Part shown: in pieces, positions 1 to 12,541 of the stretch
Layout of the letters: every line of letters starts with the position of its first letter
Position numbering within the stretch: position 1 is the first letter of the stretch
From: Lama guanicoe
Taxonomy: Eukaryota
Length of the DNA: 64,000 nucleotides
Assembly: GCA_013239625.1 (NCBI GenBank)
Contig: MU054400.1
Coordinates: 4,341,802 to 4,405,801 of the forward strand
Reading direction: 5' to 3'
Notes under the pieces: generated by a model
The model's database searches: none
Told to the model about the DNA's origin: nothing
Seen by the model: the letters and a program-made list of their open reading frames with translations, nothing else
Program-made: the position numbers and the translations under genes

Positions 1-149
1 AGTATTTGGGGTCTAGGACATGGAGCAACCACAATATATTGAGATCTTTACAGTAAGGAAAGTGAAAGGAAACACTGAAGAGAATTACTTACACAAATCA
101 ATACAGTGACATAGTCTCTCTAACCTGTTTGGGGCTATCTGAGAAGTCC

Positions 150-360
150 CGCGTGCCAAGTGATGAACTAAACACTCTGTACAGAGTATCTCATTTAATG
201 CTGTCTGAGGTAGGGGCGACTATTCTTCCCATTTTACAGAAGAGAAAACTGAGGCTCAGAGAAGCTAGTGCAAAGAAATACAGTTAGTTCTGTATTTAGT
301 TTGGTGGTTTGTTGTGGTGTCAAAGTCACATCTGCCTAGGACCACACCCTTGCTCTTAAG
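150..360 (-). mobile_element. MIR SINE fragment
   Basis: Antisense MIR core CCCATTTTACAGAAGAGAAAACTGAGGCTCAGAGAAG at ~228-265. Confidence 0.85.
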
Positions 361-2127
361 AGCTGCCATTTACAGCCTCATCACATCGTGATCATTTTCT
401 AAAGTGTTACTCTTTATTTATGATAACATCACATCAGTGGAAAACCCCGCTGGTTACAGTGTATAGATTTCACATACACCCACACAGATCCCTTTATTCT
501 GCCTGAAGTTGTAGCTGGAGGTGGTGGTAATACTTGGTCTCTGTGCTGAGAGCGCGTGTTAGCTAATTTCGACTCTACTGTTGGTTTCTTTAAAGAGATT
601 TCTTACTGGCTGTCAAATGTACTAAGAATTCTCTCTCACCTGAAGAGTCGTGTGCTAAAAACCCATTTATTACCGAAACGCAATCAGAGATGACTAGGTT
701 CGCTGGCTGCCTGTTACTCTTTCTATGTAGGAAGGACTGGGTCTGTAAGGTTAGCAGTTTACTTGCTTTGCTGAGTTTGTGCCCGAAGTTCTGAATCAGT
801 AGCAGAGAGCTGATCCTTATACTTCGTTCAAAAGTGGAAGGTTTGGATAGCAGTGTTGGCACTTGTGTAAAGGGAGGCTTTAGAATTACAAAACATGGCT
901 CCGCATCTCAACAGACAAGACTATTGGCATCTTGAAACACTTTTATTTCGAAATAAATGATGATGCCTCAGGGCAAATGTGTAGCAATTATATCCGGTAG
1001 CACCAATGCTCAGACTGAGGGTTCTGACAACAAGCCTGGGCCAGATGGTCATCAACTATAAAGCAAGAGTCATGGAATTGTTTCAGGGAGAAGGACCCTG
1101 GGATTAGGAGCGCAGAGAAAGCCAAAAACAGTGAGACCAGAAACTAGGGTGATGAGATCCATGCTCTGAATAAAAAGTCAGTATATATGATCTGAAACAT
1201 TCTCCAGTACATAGTCCTGTTTTCAAACATTCTTTTGTTAGATTATCTTGAGAAACCCAAGATGAATAATCACTGTAGCTTTTATGCTTCAATAAAAAAA
1301 AAAATCACCATAGCTTTAGTCGTCAATAAAGCTGTTTAAAATGTGGCACATTTCAGCATTTTTCTAGAAATCTAAATTGTGTTTCCAGCCCAACATTCTC
1401 CACGTTCTTTAATATGCCTTTTAAACATAAAATGCAGAGTCTGCGTGGCCCTTCTTATTTAGAAAATTATCTTACCTCAATTAAAAAATTCACAAATTTA
1501 CTTTAACATGTTTTAGTATAGTCTGCAATCTCAAAAAGGGTATTAAAGATACAAAAAAAAGTCTACAAAAATCGAAATACAGCTATATCGAAAGCAGGAT
1601 GCCCCTAATTATTAAACACATAATAGATGTTTTGCACAAACTCTCTATTTTAAATAAATGAATTTCATAAGACCCTTGAGAGTTAATGAGTAGTTCCTTG
1701 TAAGTTCCATGAAAAAAAATTACTTGTTAACGATATCAAAACACTCACCTAACATGATTATATGATATACTTTATCTAATAAATGAAAATATAAGTATAC
1801 AGAGAGAGACCCAATGATTGGATGATTGGGACATTAGTTGCCTGAGCACACTTTGTTTTATCAGCAAACCCTTTGCATTTATGCTTGAAATGGAGTGCGT
1901 AGGTAGGTTGCTTCTGGAAATGGTCAGAGAAAGAGTCATCTCTGGAGGTCTTTCAGATTTAATGACACATCACAGCGAGAACTCTGTTCACTGCACACGA
2001 GCCTCGCAGGCCACCAGACAGACCAGCCCGTGGTCACGAACTGGGAGGTCAAAATGGAGGCCAGTCCAACCTACCCTAGTAAGTTTCTGTTGCTACCTCG
2101 AACTAAACTTTATTAAAAAATAAAAAA

Positions 2128-2220
2128 CTCTGGGACAAATGCCAAATCAAACAGGACGCCAGGGCAGGAAGCATAAATGGGGACTGTCCCTGAGCTAAGT
2201 GGGACTTTTGAGCAGCCCAG
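2128..2220. mobile_element. hAT-Blackjack MITE fragment (MER81/MER94-like)
   Basis: Repeated GGGAC/GTCCC motifs (GGGACAAATGCCAAA...GGGGACTGTCCC) resembling recalled MER81/MER94 consensus. Confidence 0.55.
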
Positions 2221-2239
2221 CTAGGGGGCAGGGCTTTCG

Positions 2240-2770
2240 GAGGAGAAGACTGGTGACAGAGACCCAAGGAGAAGATGTCAGTTCCCCGGGCACCTCAGAG
2301 AGAAGGGCTGTGAGCAGAGGGAACATTAAGGGCAAAAGTCCTCAGTAAGCAGATCAGTGCGGCTGGACAGAGAGTATGGGAGAGGGGCAGGGGTAGGAAG
2401 TGAGGGCAGAGAGGCAGGCACACCCTCATAATCCAGGGTCTAGGAGACCATTGAAAAGCGATTCGATGTGATTCTAAGTAAGTGGAAAAGCCACTGGAAG
2501 GGGAGTGAGTGATATAATGATTTACATCTCAGAACGATGATTCTGGTTATTTTATGGAGAATGGTCACCAGGTGGTGGCAACAGTGAAAGCAGAACAGAG
2601 ATCTCACTGCAGTATCTGAAGCTACATCAGATGTGGCTAGGACCAGTGTGGTAGCTACAGAGAGAGGGAGAGATGCTCAGGTTTGAGATAGATTTTAAAG
2701 GTAGACTCCAGAGGATTTGCCAATAGATTGGATGCAGGTAGGGAGGGACAGAGAGGAGGTAAAGACTCCA
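2240..2770 (-). mobile_element. L2 LINE 3' region
   Basis: Degenerate antisense L2 motifs (GGAAAAGCCACTGGAAG, GAGGATTTGCCAATAGATTGGATG); interrupted by a SINE at ~2771. Confidence 0.75.
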
Positions 2771-2910
2771 AGTTTTTGTTTTTGTTTGGGGGGGGGGATA
2801 ATTAGGTTTGTTTATTTATATTTATTTATTCTTAATGGAAGTCCTGGGGATTGAACCCAAGACCTTGTGCATGATAGGCACACACTCTACCACTGAGCTA
2901 TACCCTCCCT
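2771..2910 (-). mobile_element. Camelid tRNA-derived SINE (vic-1-like)
   Basis: Antisense A/B-box head GGGGATTGAACCCAAGACCTTGTGCATG...CTACCACTGAGCTATACCCTCCC, T-rich tail, AAGTTTTT on both flanks (probable TSD). Confidence 0.9.
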
Positions 2911-3859
2911 GCAAAGTTTTTTTGCCATGAGGTTTTAGAATGCCTGCTGGTGTTATTTACTGGGAAGGGAAAACCAGAGGTGGGAGCAGGGTCTGCTTGC
3001 TTGTATGTTATTTTGCTTAGGGGGAGGAAGAAATCAAGAAACTAGTCTAAAAATCTGGCCAATGACTGTGATCGCAGGCAAATGGGTGTGCTTGATTAAG
3101 AAGACTTGCCTATGAACGTGTTATTGAGAAAACCGTGGAGGGAATCGTGAAAAATATCCAGCGTCTGCTTAAGCAGGTGGAGAGATAGTCACAGCATGAG
3201 CGCTTACAGGTTAAACATTCAAAATTTCAAGCACACCCGAGCTATCCAGGTGACAGATCTTTAGATGGTTTTACAATGAAAAGATCTGAAGCTCAAAGGA
3301 GATATCTTGATGGACTGGAGAAATTTAGGGAGACCTGAGCATTAGATGGGGGAAAGAGGGGACTGTCTGGGAGTTCGCACTCTGAAATGGGAAAAGGGGA
3401 TGAAACACCAGGGGCTGGGGAAAAGAGGATGGATTCCTGACGGAGCCTGAGCATTCAGTCCTTGTGAGGTAACACAAGGTACTTCCAGCCTTAGAAAGGG
3501 CGAGAGATTTAACTGGAAACAATCATGCTGACTTTAGCATTTTGCCTAAAGCTGGTTTTCAAGCAGGGATAATGGATGACATTCATTTATCAGTCCTTCT
3601 CAAAAGATTCTATGCGCTCCCTCCAGACCTACTGATTTAGAATCTTCTGGAGCTGGGCCGGGAAGAGGCAGCTTATTTCAATGATAGACACGAAAGCTTG
3701 TGAATGATGATGCTAAGGTTTCTGATGTTAATGAAGGTCTCAGGTCCTCATGCAGATCACTTGAGCTGTTCATGCTTTACATGCACCGGGGGCTCCAGCC
3801 ATTGACTCGTGGATAGACTTGCTTTTAGATGATGTCACAAAAGTCCACATCTTAGTCCC

Positions 3860-4028
3860 GTGAGCCCTGAACCCATCTGATCACGAGCATCATCTGGGAC
3901 CCTTGTTAAAAACACACGTTTCCGAGCCAATTCCCTAGAAATTCTGATTCGCTGATGCCTGGGTCTGTGTGTTTAACAAGTTGTCCCCCAGGCGATGCTC
4001 ATGATCCGGCAGGGTTGGGAAACATTGC
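3860..4028. mobile_element. MER5A-like hAT-Charlie MITE
   Basis: CATCATCTGGGACCCTTGTTAAAAACAC...ATTCTGATTC...GTTTAACAAG...TTGGGAAACATTG. Confidence 0.7.
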
Positions 4029-7000
4029 TTTAGTCAAAGTATTTTTGGTCTCCTATGTGAAAACCTAGGAGCAGATCAGAAGCAAAGGGCAAACAAATCC
4101 ACAGCTGAAGAAGCAAAATAATACCCAAAGTCTTCCAGATGCTTCCCTGTTTATGAAGCGAACACTGGTTTCATTAGCTGCCTCGCTTTCATGTATGCCT
4201 CTGGTTGAATTAAGAATTCAGATAATAAAATACTCTGCAGAGACAATGCTGAGAATTGTCACTCCGATTATCCAAAAACAAGCAAACAAACAAAGGGAGG
4301 ATGCAAAACAGATAAACAGAAAGGAATTCTAAACTCATTCCACTGAAGAGTCGTTAGAAGAGATATTATGAGCTGAACATAATAGCGTAGATTCTCTGCT
4401 CTGTACAGTTCCTTCCTCATTCCCACCTCCCAGGCCATTTCTCAGCTCTCTTACAGACTGACAGACATTTTCCCTAATTTATAATTCATTGCCTAATCAC
4501 ACAATTTCTGAAATCTACACTGTTTTGTTCCAACCTTCCTCCTCCCCCGTGAAATACGCATTTGGGAGTTGATTAACGTGTCCATCTCCAACCCATATAC
4601 CAAGTTCCTGGTCCAGATATTGAACACTCAACTATTAAGTTTAGACAGCAAGAGAGGAGGCATTATCCGAATTGTCTGGGTTCCTAAATTTCAGAGAGCG
4701 TGCAGCAACTCTTCGACTGGCAAGGAATTTATCCCAAACTTTCTTCTAATCTTTTCAGCTTTTGAGTTCAGACGGGAAAAGTTTGGAGAGCAAGAGCTGA
4801 AGGAGCAAGGGATTACCATGGTTTCTCCTCAGTGCACACTAGAATAGCATGGTGCCAAGCATTGCTCAGCGAGTAAATGTTTCAGACTTCAGTCAAATCC
4901 ATTTATTGTCAATTATTTAAGAAAACACCAAAATATTGTCACCTCTAAAACATCCTTTTTTTTTTTTCCTATTTGCAGCTAGAAATCACACATTAGATTG
5001 TTTTAAACCCGAACAGGCATGGAAGGAGAACATGGATATTTGGCAAAGTATGGCTCCTGACACCCTTTCCACGGAGGGAGCACCTGCACCGAACAAACAC
5101 AGAGACCCCGTGACTTGGAATTTCAACTGTATTTGAAGACTGTCTACACTTTCCATGCAAACTAATCTTAGATACGGAATTTTGTGATGTGTTCCCATAA
5201 TCTCCTCCTTTGAAATATCCTTATCAGTATGCAATATTATTTACACATGCTCAGCTCTGATGTACAAAATCTTTTATTTTTAGAAGGTAGATGATCGATA
5301 GATAAATTATGTAATACATACAGTGGAATAATATTTATTCAAGTGAGAATGATAATGTCGATATGTTTTTATTGACATGAAAAATCAAATACACGTTATT
5401 TGAGAAAAGACACTTTATAACAGTAACGGACCTACCATTTGAACACTCACACACACAAACACACACACTCATATTAAAGATTTTCAGATACATTTGCCTA
5501 TTGTTAATATCTAACTTATCTAGGTAGTGAGACTGTGGGCATTATAAATTTTCTCTTTCCTTTTTTAAATTTATGAGTTTTACCTTTTATATAATTGCTT
5601 ATAAGGAAAAGTAACTATTTTCAAATATTTTTTAAACATTAAAATGAAGATTTCCCTGGATTAAATTTGGGTGTTGACATCTAGAAAAAATAAGAAAAAG
5701 CTAGTGATGTTGAGGTAATGAGCTCTTTTTGTCCTATCTCTGGGTATGTACAGGAAAAATTTAAGAAGCTCACATGCTCACTGTTGGTTACACGACCTAC
5801 ACTTTGGGCTGGTCTTGAAATGCAGGATTGTGGGAGACACCCAAAGATGTGTAGCATAACTTTTTCGTACACATTTGAGTCTGTATGGGAATGAATAAAA
5901 GTACAAGTGTTCCCTCAACTACAGAATGAAGATGATAAAAAATCTAGCTCCTAGAGTTGTTATAATGATTAAATAGGAGAGGATTTTACGATGTGCTCAG
6001 TTTAAAAAAAAATGTTAGATCAAACCTTTTCTGTTGCTTACACCCTGATTGAGAAGGAAACACATTAAATCAGCCCTCCCCACTTCTCTCAGGAAAAAAA
6101 GTATAAATTAGTGTATTAATTAGTCTTCAGAGAAAAATTAGTCTTAAAAACATAAAAAACACCAGACAAGTGTCTATAAGAAATAGCAGGGTAGAAGAGA
6201 AAACTTTGGGTCAGAGGGAATCAGAATTAAGGCTCTAACATTTTGTTTCTCCAAAGTCTTGTGGTTCTTTCTTTTTTTTTCACAATTCTTTTTCCCTTTT
6301 AAGCTGACAAGATTTAGAGTCTTTAAAGAGATTCATAGTAAAAAACGTAAAATAAAATAAAGGCAAAAACAAATAGAAAAAAGAAACCCATAGGAATAGG
6401 CATATAATGTGTATCCATATCCATCTGGGGACAGAGATGGAAAATGGATTAGAGATACAGAGATGAAGCGACGTCATGGGTTGATTTGGCTCCATCTACT
6501 TTGTGACCTGTAGATTACTGATAAATTTCCAAGATTTTAAAGAATGCTACCCTGAGCTACTTCCATGAGAATATATTAATGTGAGATTTTTAAATTTTAT
6601 TATTTTGTATTTTATTTCTTCATTAACAATTTTACTTATCCCTCCCCCATTTTAGCCATATTAAATATGGCTTGTGATGAACCAATTGATTTTATTTTCA
6701 GCTGCCTAAGATCCCATATACGCCATTGTTGAAACCATAAGCTATGAGAAAACATAAATACAGTAAGTACAGAATGATTGGTTGATAAGATAACTGAAGA
6801 AGTTTCTCAAAGTATTCTAAAGACTTAAATGGGTTTAGAGCCAATTTTATTGATTTAGAGTTTAGAATAGTAGAGTATTATGAAATTTATTTTCGTTTTT
6901 AATCCAGGTTATACTTACTGAGCATATAAAAAATAATTGATATGGTTCATTTATTTCCTGAAATTACTTCAAAATTCTCTCTTCCTCCTTTTTGCCCGTT

Positions 7001-7459
7001 TTTTTGTGTTCCTCCCATTTCTGATGTCAGAAGGAAGCCAAGAGTTACGAGAATAATATGTTACGTAAGGGCGGCTGATTCTGAAGTCAGCTGGTAAGTT
7101 CAAAGAAGAACCCTTTAATGTTAACCCTTTAATGTTCCCATTGGCAGCATTTTTATTATCCCATATGCTACTGATGAGTTTTTCCTAATTTTTTCTTAAT
7201 TTTTAAAACTCTGAATGGATCTCTCTGATGTTTATTGCCAGGTTTTTCATGTGACTGGAAGTTGAGATTATGTTCTTTTTTGTAGTTATGTCATACAAAT
7301 GTTGAAGCATTTCTACAAGCAGTCATCAGATGTTCTCAGGGGCTAACAACGGAGGGATAAATACAGGATTTAATAAAGGAGGTATTTTTCTGATGCATTT
7401 TTCCATGCCATGAAAGCTTCAGCAACATACTCAGTTCCCAGAGAAAAATAACCCAATGA

Positions 7460-7866
7460 TGTGATGGGTTGAATTGTGTCCCTCAAAAAGAGGAGTTGAA
7501 GTCCTAACTCCCAGTATATCAGATTGTGGCCTGATTTGGAAATAAGGTCATTTCAGATGCACTTCATTAAGTTACAATGAGGTCACAAAAGCATAGTTCA
7601 TAAAAAGTAGCCTCTAGTCCAATATGATTGGTGTCTTTATAAGAAGATGCCACGTGAGGACAGAGACACGGGGAGAATGCCGGGGATGACCCAGACGGCT
7701 GCAAGCCAGGGGACACTGAAGGTTGACAGTGAACCACCAGAAGCTGCATGAGGCCAGGAAGGATTGGCCTACATCTTTTAGAAGGAGCAAGGCCCTGCTG
7801 ACACCTTGATGTCTGATCTCTGGCCTCCAGAACTGTGAGACAACACATGTCTGTTATTTTAAGCCA
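7460..7866 (+). mobile_element. MaLR LTR (MLT1-type)
   Basis: Starts TGTGATGGGTTGAATTGTGTCCCTCAAAA; contains CTGGCCTCCAGAACTGTGAGAC and TTTTAAGCCA. Confidence 0.9.
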
Positions 7867-8280
7867 AATAAACACACAAACAAAGAGCAAAGGCAAAGAA
7901 TAGTTATTTGCTGTTTTAAACCTTCCCATTCTCTGTCCATATCTACCTGGCATCTTAGCCTGACATTCTCAGTCTGGCCTCTAGGCCTCCTCCAGCCTTC
8001 CTCGGCATTCTGACTGTAGTGCACTTAGCAAAATACAGCACAGAACAATGTGTTAAGCCCACCTTATTTAATGGTGCACACACGCTGCTAAGATTGGAGA
8101 ACTGTTCCTTTGGTGCACAGAGAATGGAAGCCTAAGATTAAAGAAGCACAGAAATGATGCATCTTGTTTGTGCAGAGAAGAGTTCTGTAGCACAGAGCTT
8201 ACTTTATAATTTTGTCTGGTATCAAATCTATCTTTTAACTAATAATTTTAAGACTTAGCTCTAAGTCCACAGAATCAAGC

Positions 8281-8845
8281 AGGAGATGGTTAAGAGTGTG
8301 AGCTTTGGAAATGAGTTCTTTTTTTTTCTTTTTAGAAAAAAGTAGAGTTGATTTACAATGTTGTGTTAGTTTCTGGCGCACAGTATGGTGATTCAGTTAT
8401 ATGTATATATATTCTTTTTCATGCTCTTTTTCATTATAGGTTATCACAAGCTATTGAATATAGTTCCCCGTGCTGTGCGGTAGGATCTTGTTGTCCATTT
8501 ATTCTGTACTGAGTAGTCTGTATCTGCTAATCTCAAACTCTTAATTTATCCCTCCCCGCCTTCCCCTTTGGGTACCATAAGTTAGTTTTCTGTGTCTGTG
8601 AATCTGTTTCTGTTTTGTAAATAAGTTTGCATCATGGAAATGAGCTCTGAGTTCTGCGTTGCGCCTGGCTAAGTGACATCACTCAGTTTACCCTGCTTCT
8701 CTTAGTCCCAGTTTCATCATGGGCAAAATAGGCGTAGAAAATCCTCTGACATAGGATCCCTGAGACGATTAAATATGATAATATCTATAACATACTTAGC
8801 AAAGTGCCTGGCCCATGGAAAGCACCAAATAAAGGGGACCCATTA
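8281..8845 (+). mobile_element. MIR SINE split by a younger L1
   Basis: MIR 5' part (GGTTAAGAGTGTGAGCTTTGGA) before 8320 and core/3' part (CAGTTTCATCATGGGCAAAAT...AAAGTGCCTGGC) after 8648. Confidence 0.75.
8320..8634 (-). mobile_element. 5'-truncated young L1 (3' UTR only) with TSD
   Basis: Poly-T then AGTTGATTTACAATGTTGTGTTAGTTTCTGG; TSD TGGAAATGAG(T/C)TCT at 8306-8319 and 8635-8648. Confidence 0.95.
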
Positions 8846-10134
8846 TTGTTACCATCCTTATTTGGTAACCACTGCACCTCCCTAAACTTTTTGCTAATAT
8901 AAGAGAATCCAGTTTCCAGTGGGTCAAAGATAGTCGGTCTCCTTGCAGGATGTGATTTCTGCAATGTGAAGAAATCCATGAATAAATGATAAGCAGGGAA
9001 ATGTTATCAGTGTATCAGGAAATTCACGTTAGCTCACACACAAATTTTCCTGGGCAAAGAAGGCAGAGGAGAATTATAACCTTCCACGGGGAAGGAAGAT
9101 CCCTCCATCTGGCTGCTACACACGTGGAATGAGCCTGTTGAGCTAGGGTTAAGAAAATTAGACACCCCCGCACTCTGTCTTTCCCGCCCCTTCCTCACTC
9201 TCCCCAGGCTGCGGGCTCCGGGTTCTGAGGATGCACCCGGACCACGGCAGGTCGACGCCTCCCACCTTGGCAGTGTCCACTCCCATCAGCCTGGTCTTGG
9301 TTCCTGCAGCCGTGAGCCAATGCAATGCTTGCTGCCATGTTCACTCTACTGGATCCATTCATTTTTAATGTCTGCAGCCAAGAAAGTTCATGGCACCTTC
9401 CTCAGGTTCAAGTTCTTCAAGACGTGTCAAGTCTAGATACACAGCTGCGTGGGCACTGAGTGTAGTATCACTACCCTCCTTTATTCATAAGCCCAGTTAC
9501 TTTAAGTGCACAATTTTACAGAAGGTGGAGTTTTCCAGTAATGCTTTATTTGAAAAATGCCTGGTGTGGTAGGAGCTAACAGGAGATCCACGGGGGAATC
9601 ACTTATCAAACTCTCACAGAGTCACTCGATAGTGAAACCGCACACTCCAGTTAAAGATCTTCCCTCCGGATCACTCACTTGGCTAATAGCAACGACTGAG
9701 GAGGGAGGTTGGGAGGAAGGGAACAAGGTTTCAGAGGAACAACAGCAAGAAACGCCAGAAAAAAAAAAAAAAAAAAAAAAAAAAACTTTCAAAAAGTAGT
9801 CATAAATCCTGAAAACAATTTATTCTGTTTCGCAACAGCACACCCACAGACATTCTTTCCAGTTGACTTTTCAATTTGAGGGTTTGTGGGTCATTCACAA
9901 AGTACTGTGTGTGTGTGTGTTTATCTGTTATAACCTCGGTTCAAAAATAAAGTGGGGTCAGAATCAGCAACCTCTCCGGGCAGCCGGAGGGGCTGGGATC
10001 AGAGCTTGTGATTAGTGGTCAAAGCTACTGTCAAAGGAACCCGACCAGGTCACCGTCTTCGGGAATACATCTACCTCAGTGAAGATCAAATGTAGGGCTT
10101 TCTGTGGCCTTTGATATTCCTTCTGTGTTAGACT

Positions 10135-10350
10135 TTTGTTTTTCTTGTTTATTTTTTTATTGAAGTATAGTCAGTTACACTGTGTCAATTCCTAGTTCAC
10201 AGCATAACGTCCCAGTCATGTGTGTGCATATATACATATATTCATTTTCATATTCTTTTTCATTAAAGATTATTACAAGATATTGAATATAGTTCCCTGT
10301 GCTATACAGAAGAAATTTGTTTTTTATCTATTTTTATACATAGTGGTTAA
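10135..10350 (-). mobile_element. 5'-truncated young L1 3' end
   Basis: TTTTTATTGAAGTATAGTCAGTTACAC...ATATTGAATATAGTTCCCTGTGCTATACAG. Confidence 0.9.
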
Positions 10351-10382
10351 CATTTTGTTTTTAATCCAAAGCGTATTTGGTA

Positions 10383-10628
10383 CATTGACTCTCGAACAAC
10401 ATGGGGGGTTTTGGGGGTTGAGGAGGTGTCAGGGTGCAGGGGTGCCAACCCTCCACTTAGTTCAAAATCCTCTTACAACTTATAGTCAGCCCTCCATATC
10501 CACAGTCCCGCATCCGTGGGTTGAACCAACCTAGGACCTTGTAATACTGTAGAATTTACTATTGAAAAAAAGCCACATGTAAGTGGTGGATCCGCACAGA
10601 TCAAACCCATGTTGTTCAAGGTCAACTG
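10383..10628. mobile_element. Tigger3/Golem-type Tc1/mariner MITE
   Basis: Imperfect TIRs CATTGACTCTCGAACAACATGG ... CCATGTTGTTCAAGGTCAACTG, TA on both sides. Confidence 0.8.
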
Positions 10629-11454
10629 TATTTACAGTTACTATTGTCAGAAACTTCCCAGAGGTTGCCTTTCACAGAATCAGCAAAATGGCATATAAAG
10701 AAATATACCAGCATGTTCCTATTTCAGGGTTTTGGTCCTCGCGCTTCCATCTGCTGAGAATCTGCTTTGCACAGACATCTGCAAGTCTGCACCATCTGCC
10801 TTCCTCCAGGTGTTTCCAATCCTCTTTCTTGACTTATTATTCTTCAGAGCATTCTCACCACTCAGTATACGCTATGGAAAACGTGTTTGTTTATTGCCAG
10901 CAGTTGATCCAGGACAAAAAAAATGTTTACAAACTCTGAGGCTGTCCAAATGAAAAAGCACCAGTTTCCTATCTGATTTGCTCCAGGTGAGAAGACACTT
11001 CCTAAAGGGAGAAAGAGAGAAATGGAGAGAAAAAAACTGAGATGGAGAGGAAGGAAGGAAGGGAGGGAGGGAGGGAGGGAGAAAAAAAGAGAGAATAAAT
11101 ATAGTTGGAGAAAATTGTTCCATGTGTAGCCTTGCTCGGGTCCTTCCAAATCACATCCCAGAAGACACCCTGGACCCAAGATGACATCATGAATGTTCTT
11201 AGAAGAGTGTGGAAAACATCTTCTTAAAAGCCACTCTTTGCTTCTCAAAAGGTGACACATTTCCTACTCTGGGGCCACTTTCAAATATAATTAAACCAAA
11301 ATGTTTAGCATGGAGGATGAGTGGGGGTCAGTCCAGTGGGAAGACAAGGCTGTGTGACTTGGGAGCAGGCATGAGGGACAGAAAAGAATACAACTTTCAC
11401 AGATCAGCTAGGGACAGTTGAGGTTAAGAGGTAATCCAAAGGGTTGTAATTGAA

Positions 11455-11760
11455 AACATACTTACAAAAAGGAATGAACTTCTAATATACACAATAACAC
11501 GCAGAAATCTCCCATGCATTATGCGAATGAAGCCAGATGCAAAAGACTGTGTTCTGCATGATGCCATCCCTCTAGCAGTTGGACCAGGCAAAGATCTAAG
11601 GACAGAGAACAGATAAGAGGTATCAAGGTCTGGGGGCTGCGGGGAGAGGGTACAAAGGTGCATGAGGGGCCATGCACTTTTATCCAAATGCATCAAACTG
11701 TACAACAGGAGGAAAACATCACTAAATGTACCTTCTATCTCCATAAATCTGACTTAAAAA
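11455..11760 (+). mobile_element. Old L1M (L1MB/ME-type) 3' end
   Basis: AAAAAGGAATGAACTTCTAATATACACAATAACA...GAAGCCAGATGCAAAAG...CTCCATAAATCTGACTTAAAAA. Confidence 0.75.
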
Positions 11761-11979
11761 TTAATAGCAACAGCAACAAAAGCAAAATGCCTGCTCAATA
11801 CTGAACAGTAGGAGTGGCTGCCAGTCGGGAGGTGAAGTGGACACAGGGGTGAGAGCAAGACTGTGATGTTTATCTATTTCGTTCTCCTTGGATTTCGTGC
11901 CGTACATACATTCTTCTCATTCAAAATGCTAAAATAAGAAAAAAAATTGTATGTGTGTCTCTATATACCATTGATTCTA

Positions 11980-12395
11980 TTGAAGTCTAGTCAGTTTACA
12001 ATGTTGTGTCAATTTCTGGTGTACAGCATAATGTTTCAGTCATACATATACACACATGTATTCCTTTTCGTATTCTCTTCCATTATAGGTTACTACAAAA
12101 TATTGAATATAGTTCCCTTGCTGTAGAGAAGGACCTTGTAGTTTATCTATTTTATATATAGTAGTTAGTATCGGCAAATCTCAAACTCCCAATTTAACCC
12201 TTTCCCCTCTGGTAACCATAAGTTTGTTTTCTATGTCTGTGAGTCTGTTTTTGTTTTGTGAATAAGTTCATTTGTGTCTTTTTTTCCTTTAGATTCCACA
12301 TATAAGTGATATCATACGGTATTTTCCTTTCTCTTTCTGGCTTACTTCGCTTAGAATGACAAGCTCCAGGTCCACCCTTATTACTGCAAATATAT
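11980..12395 (-). mobile_element. 5'-truncated young L1 with TSD and no poly(A) tail
   Basis: L1 3' UTR antisense; exact 14-bp TSD TACCATTGATTCTA at 11966-11979 and 12396-12409. Confidence 0.95.
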
Positions 12396-12541
12396 TACCA
12401 TTGATTCTAAATGCAAATGTTTTCACATTTTAATATCTTTGAACTTGGGGTACATCTGAGTGCCACATCAGTTTTTTATTTCTTCGTGGCACACAAAATA
12501 CTAGTCTGTCTTCTAAACCGTGTCCTAGATTTTGAAAGATA
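12396..12541. mobile_element. MER104-like Tc2 MITE (target of the L1 insertion)
   Basis: CATTGATTCTAAATGCAAATGTTTTCACATTTTAATATCTTTGAA...TTCTTCGTGGCACACAAAATA resembles recalled MER104 consensus. Confidence 0.65.

Noticed and set aside
640..742. Minus-strand exon candidate (TTACAG/ ... CAG/GTGAGA) with one open frame
   Set aside because: Weak pyrimidine tract, peptide matches nothing I recognise, no partner exons.
957..1027. C box ATGATGA to D box CTGA spanning ~70 nt
   Set aside because: No terminal stem, no clear C'/D' boxes, no rRNA or snRNA guide I recognise and no evident host intron; an Rfam search would settle it.
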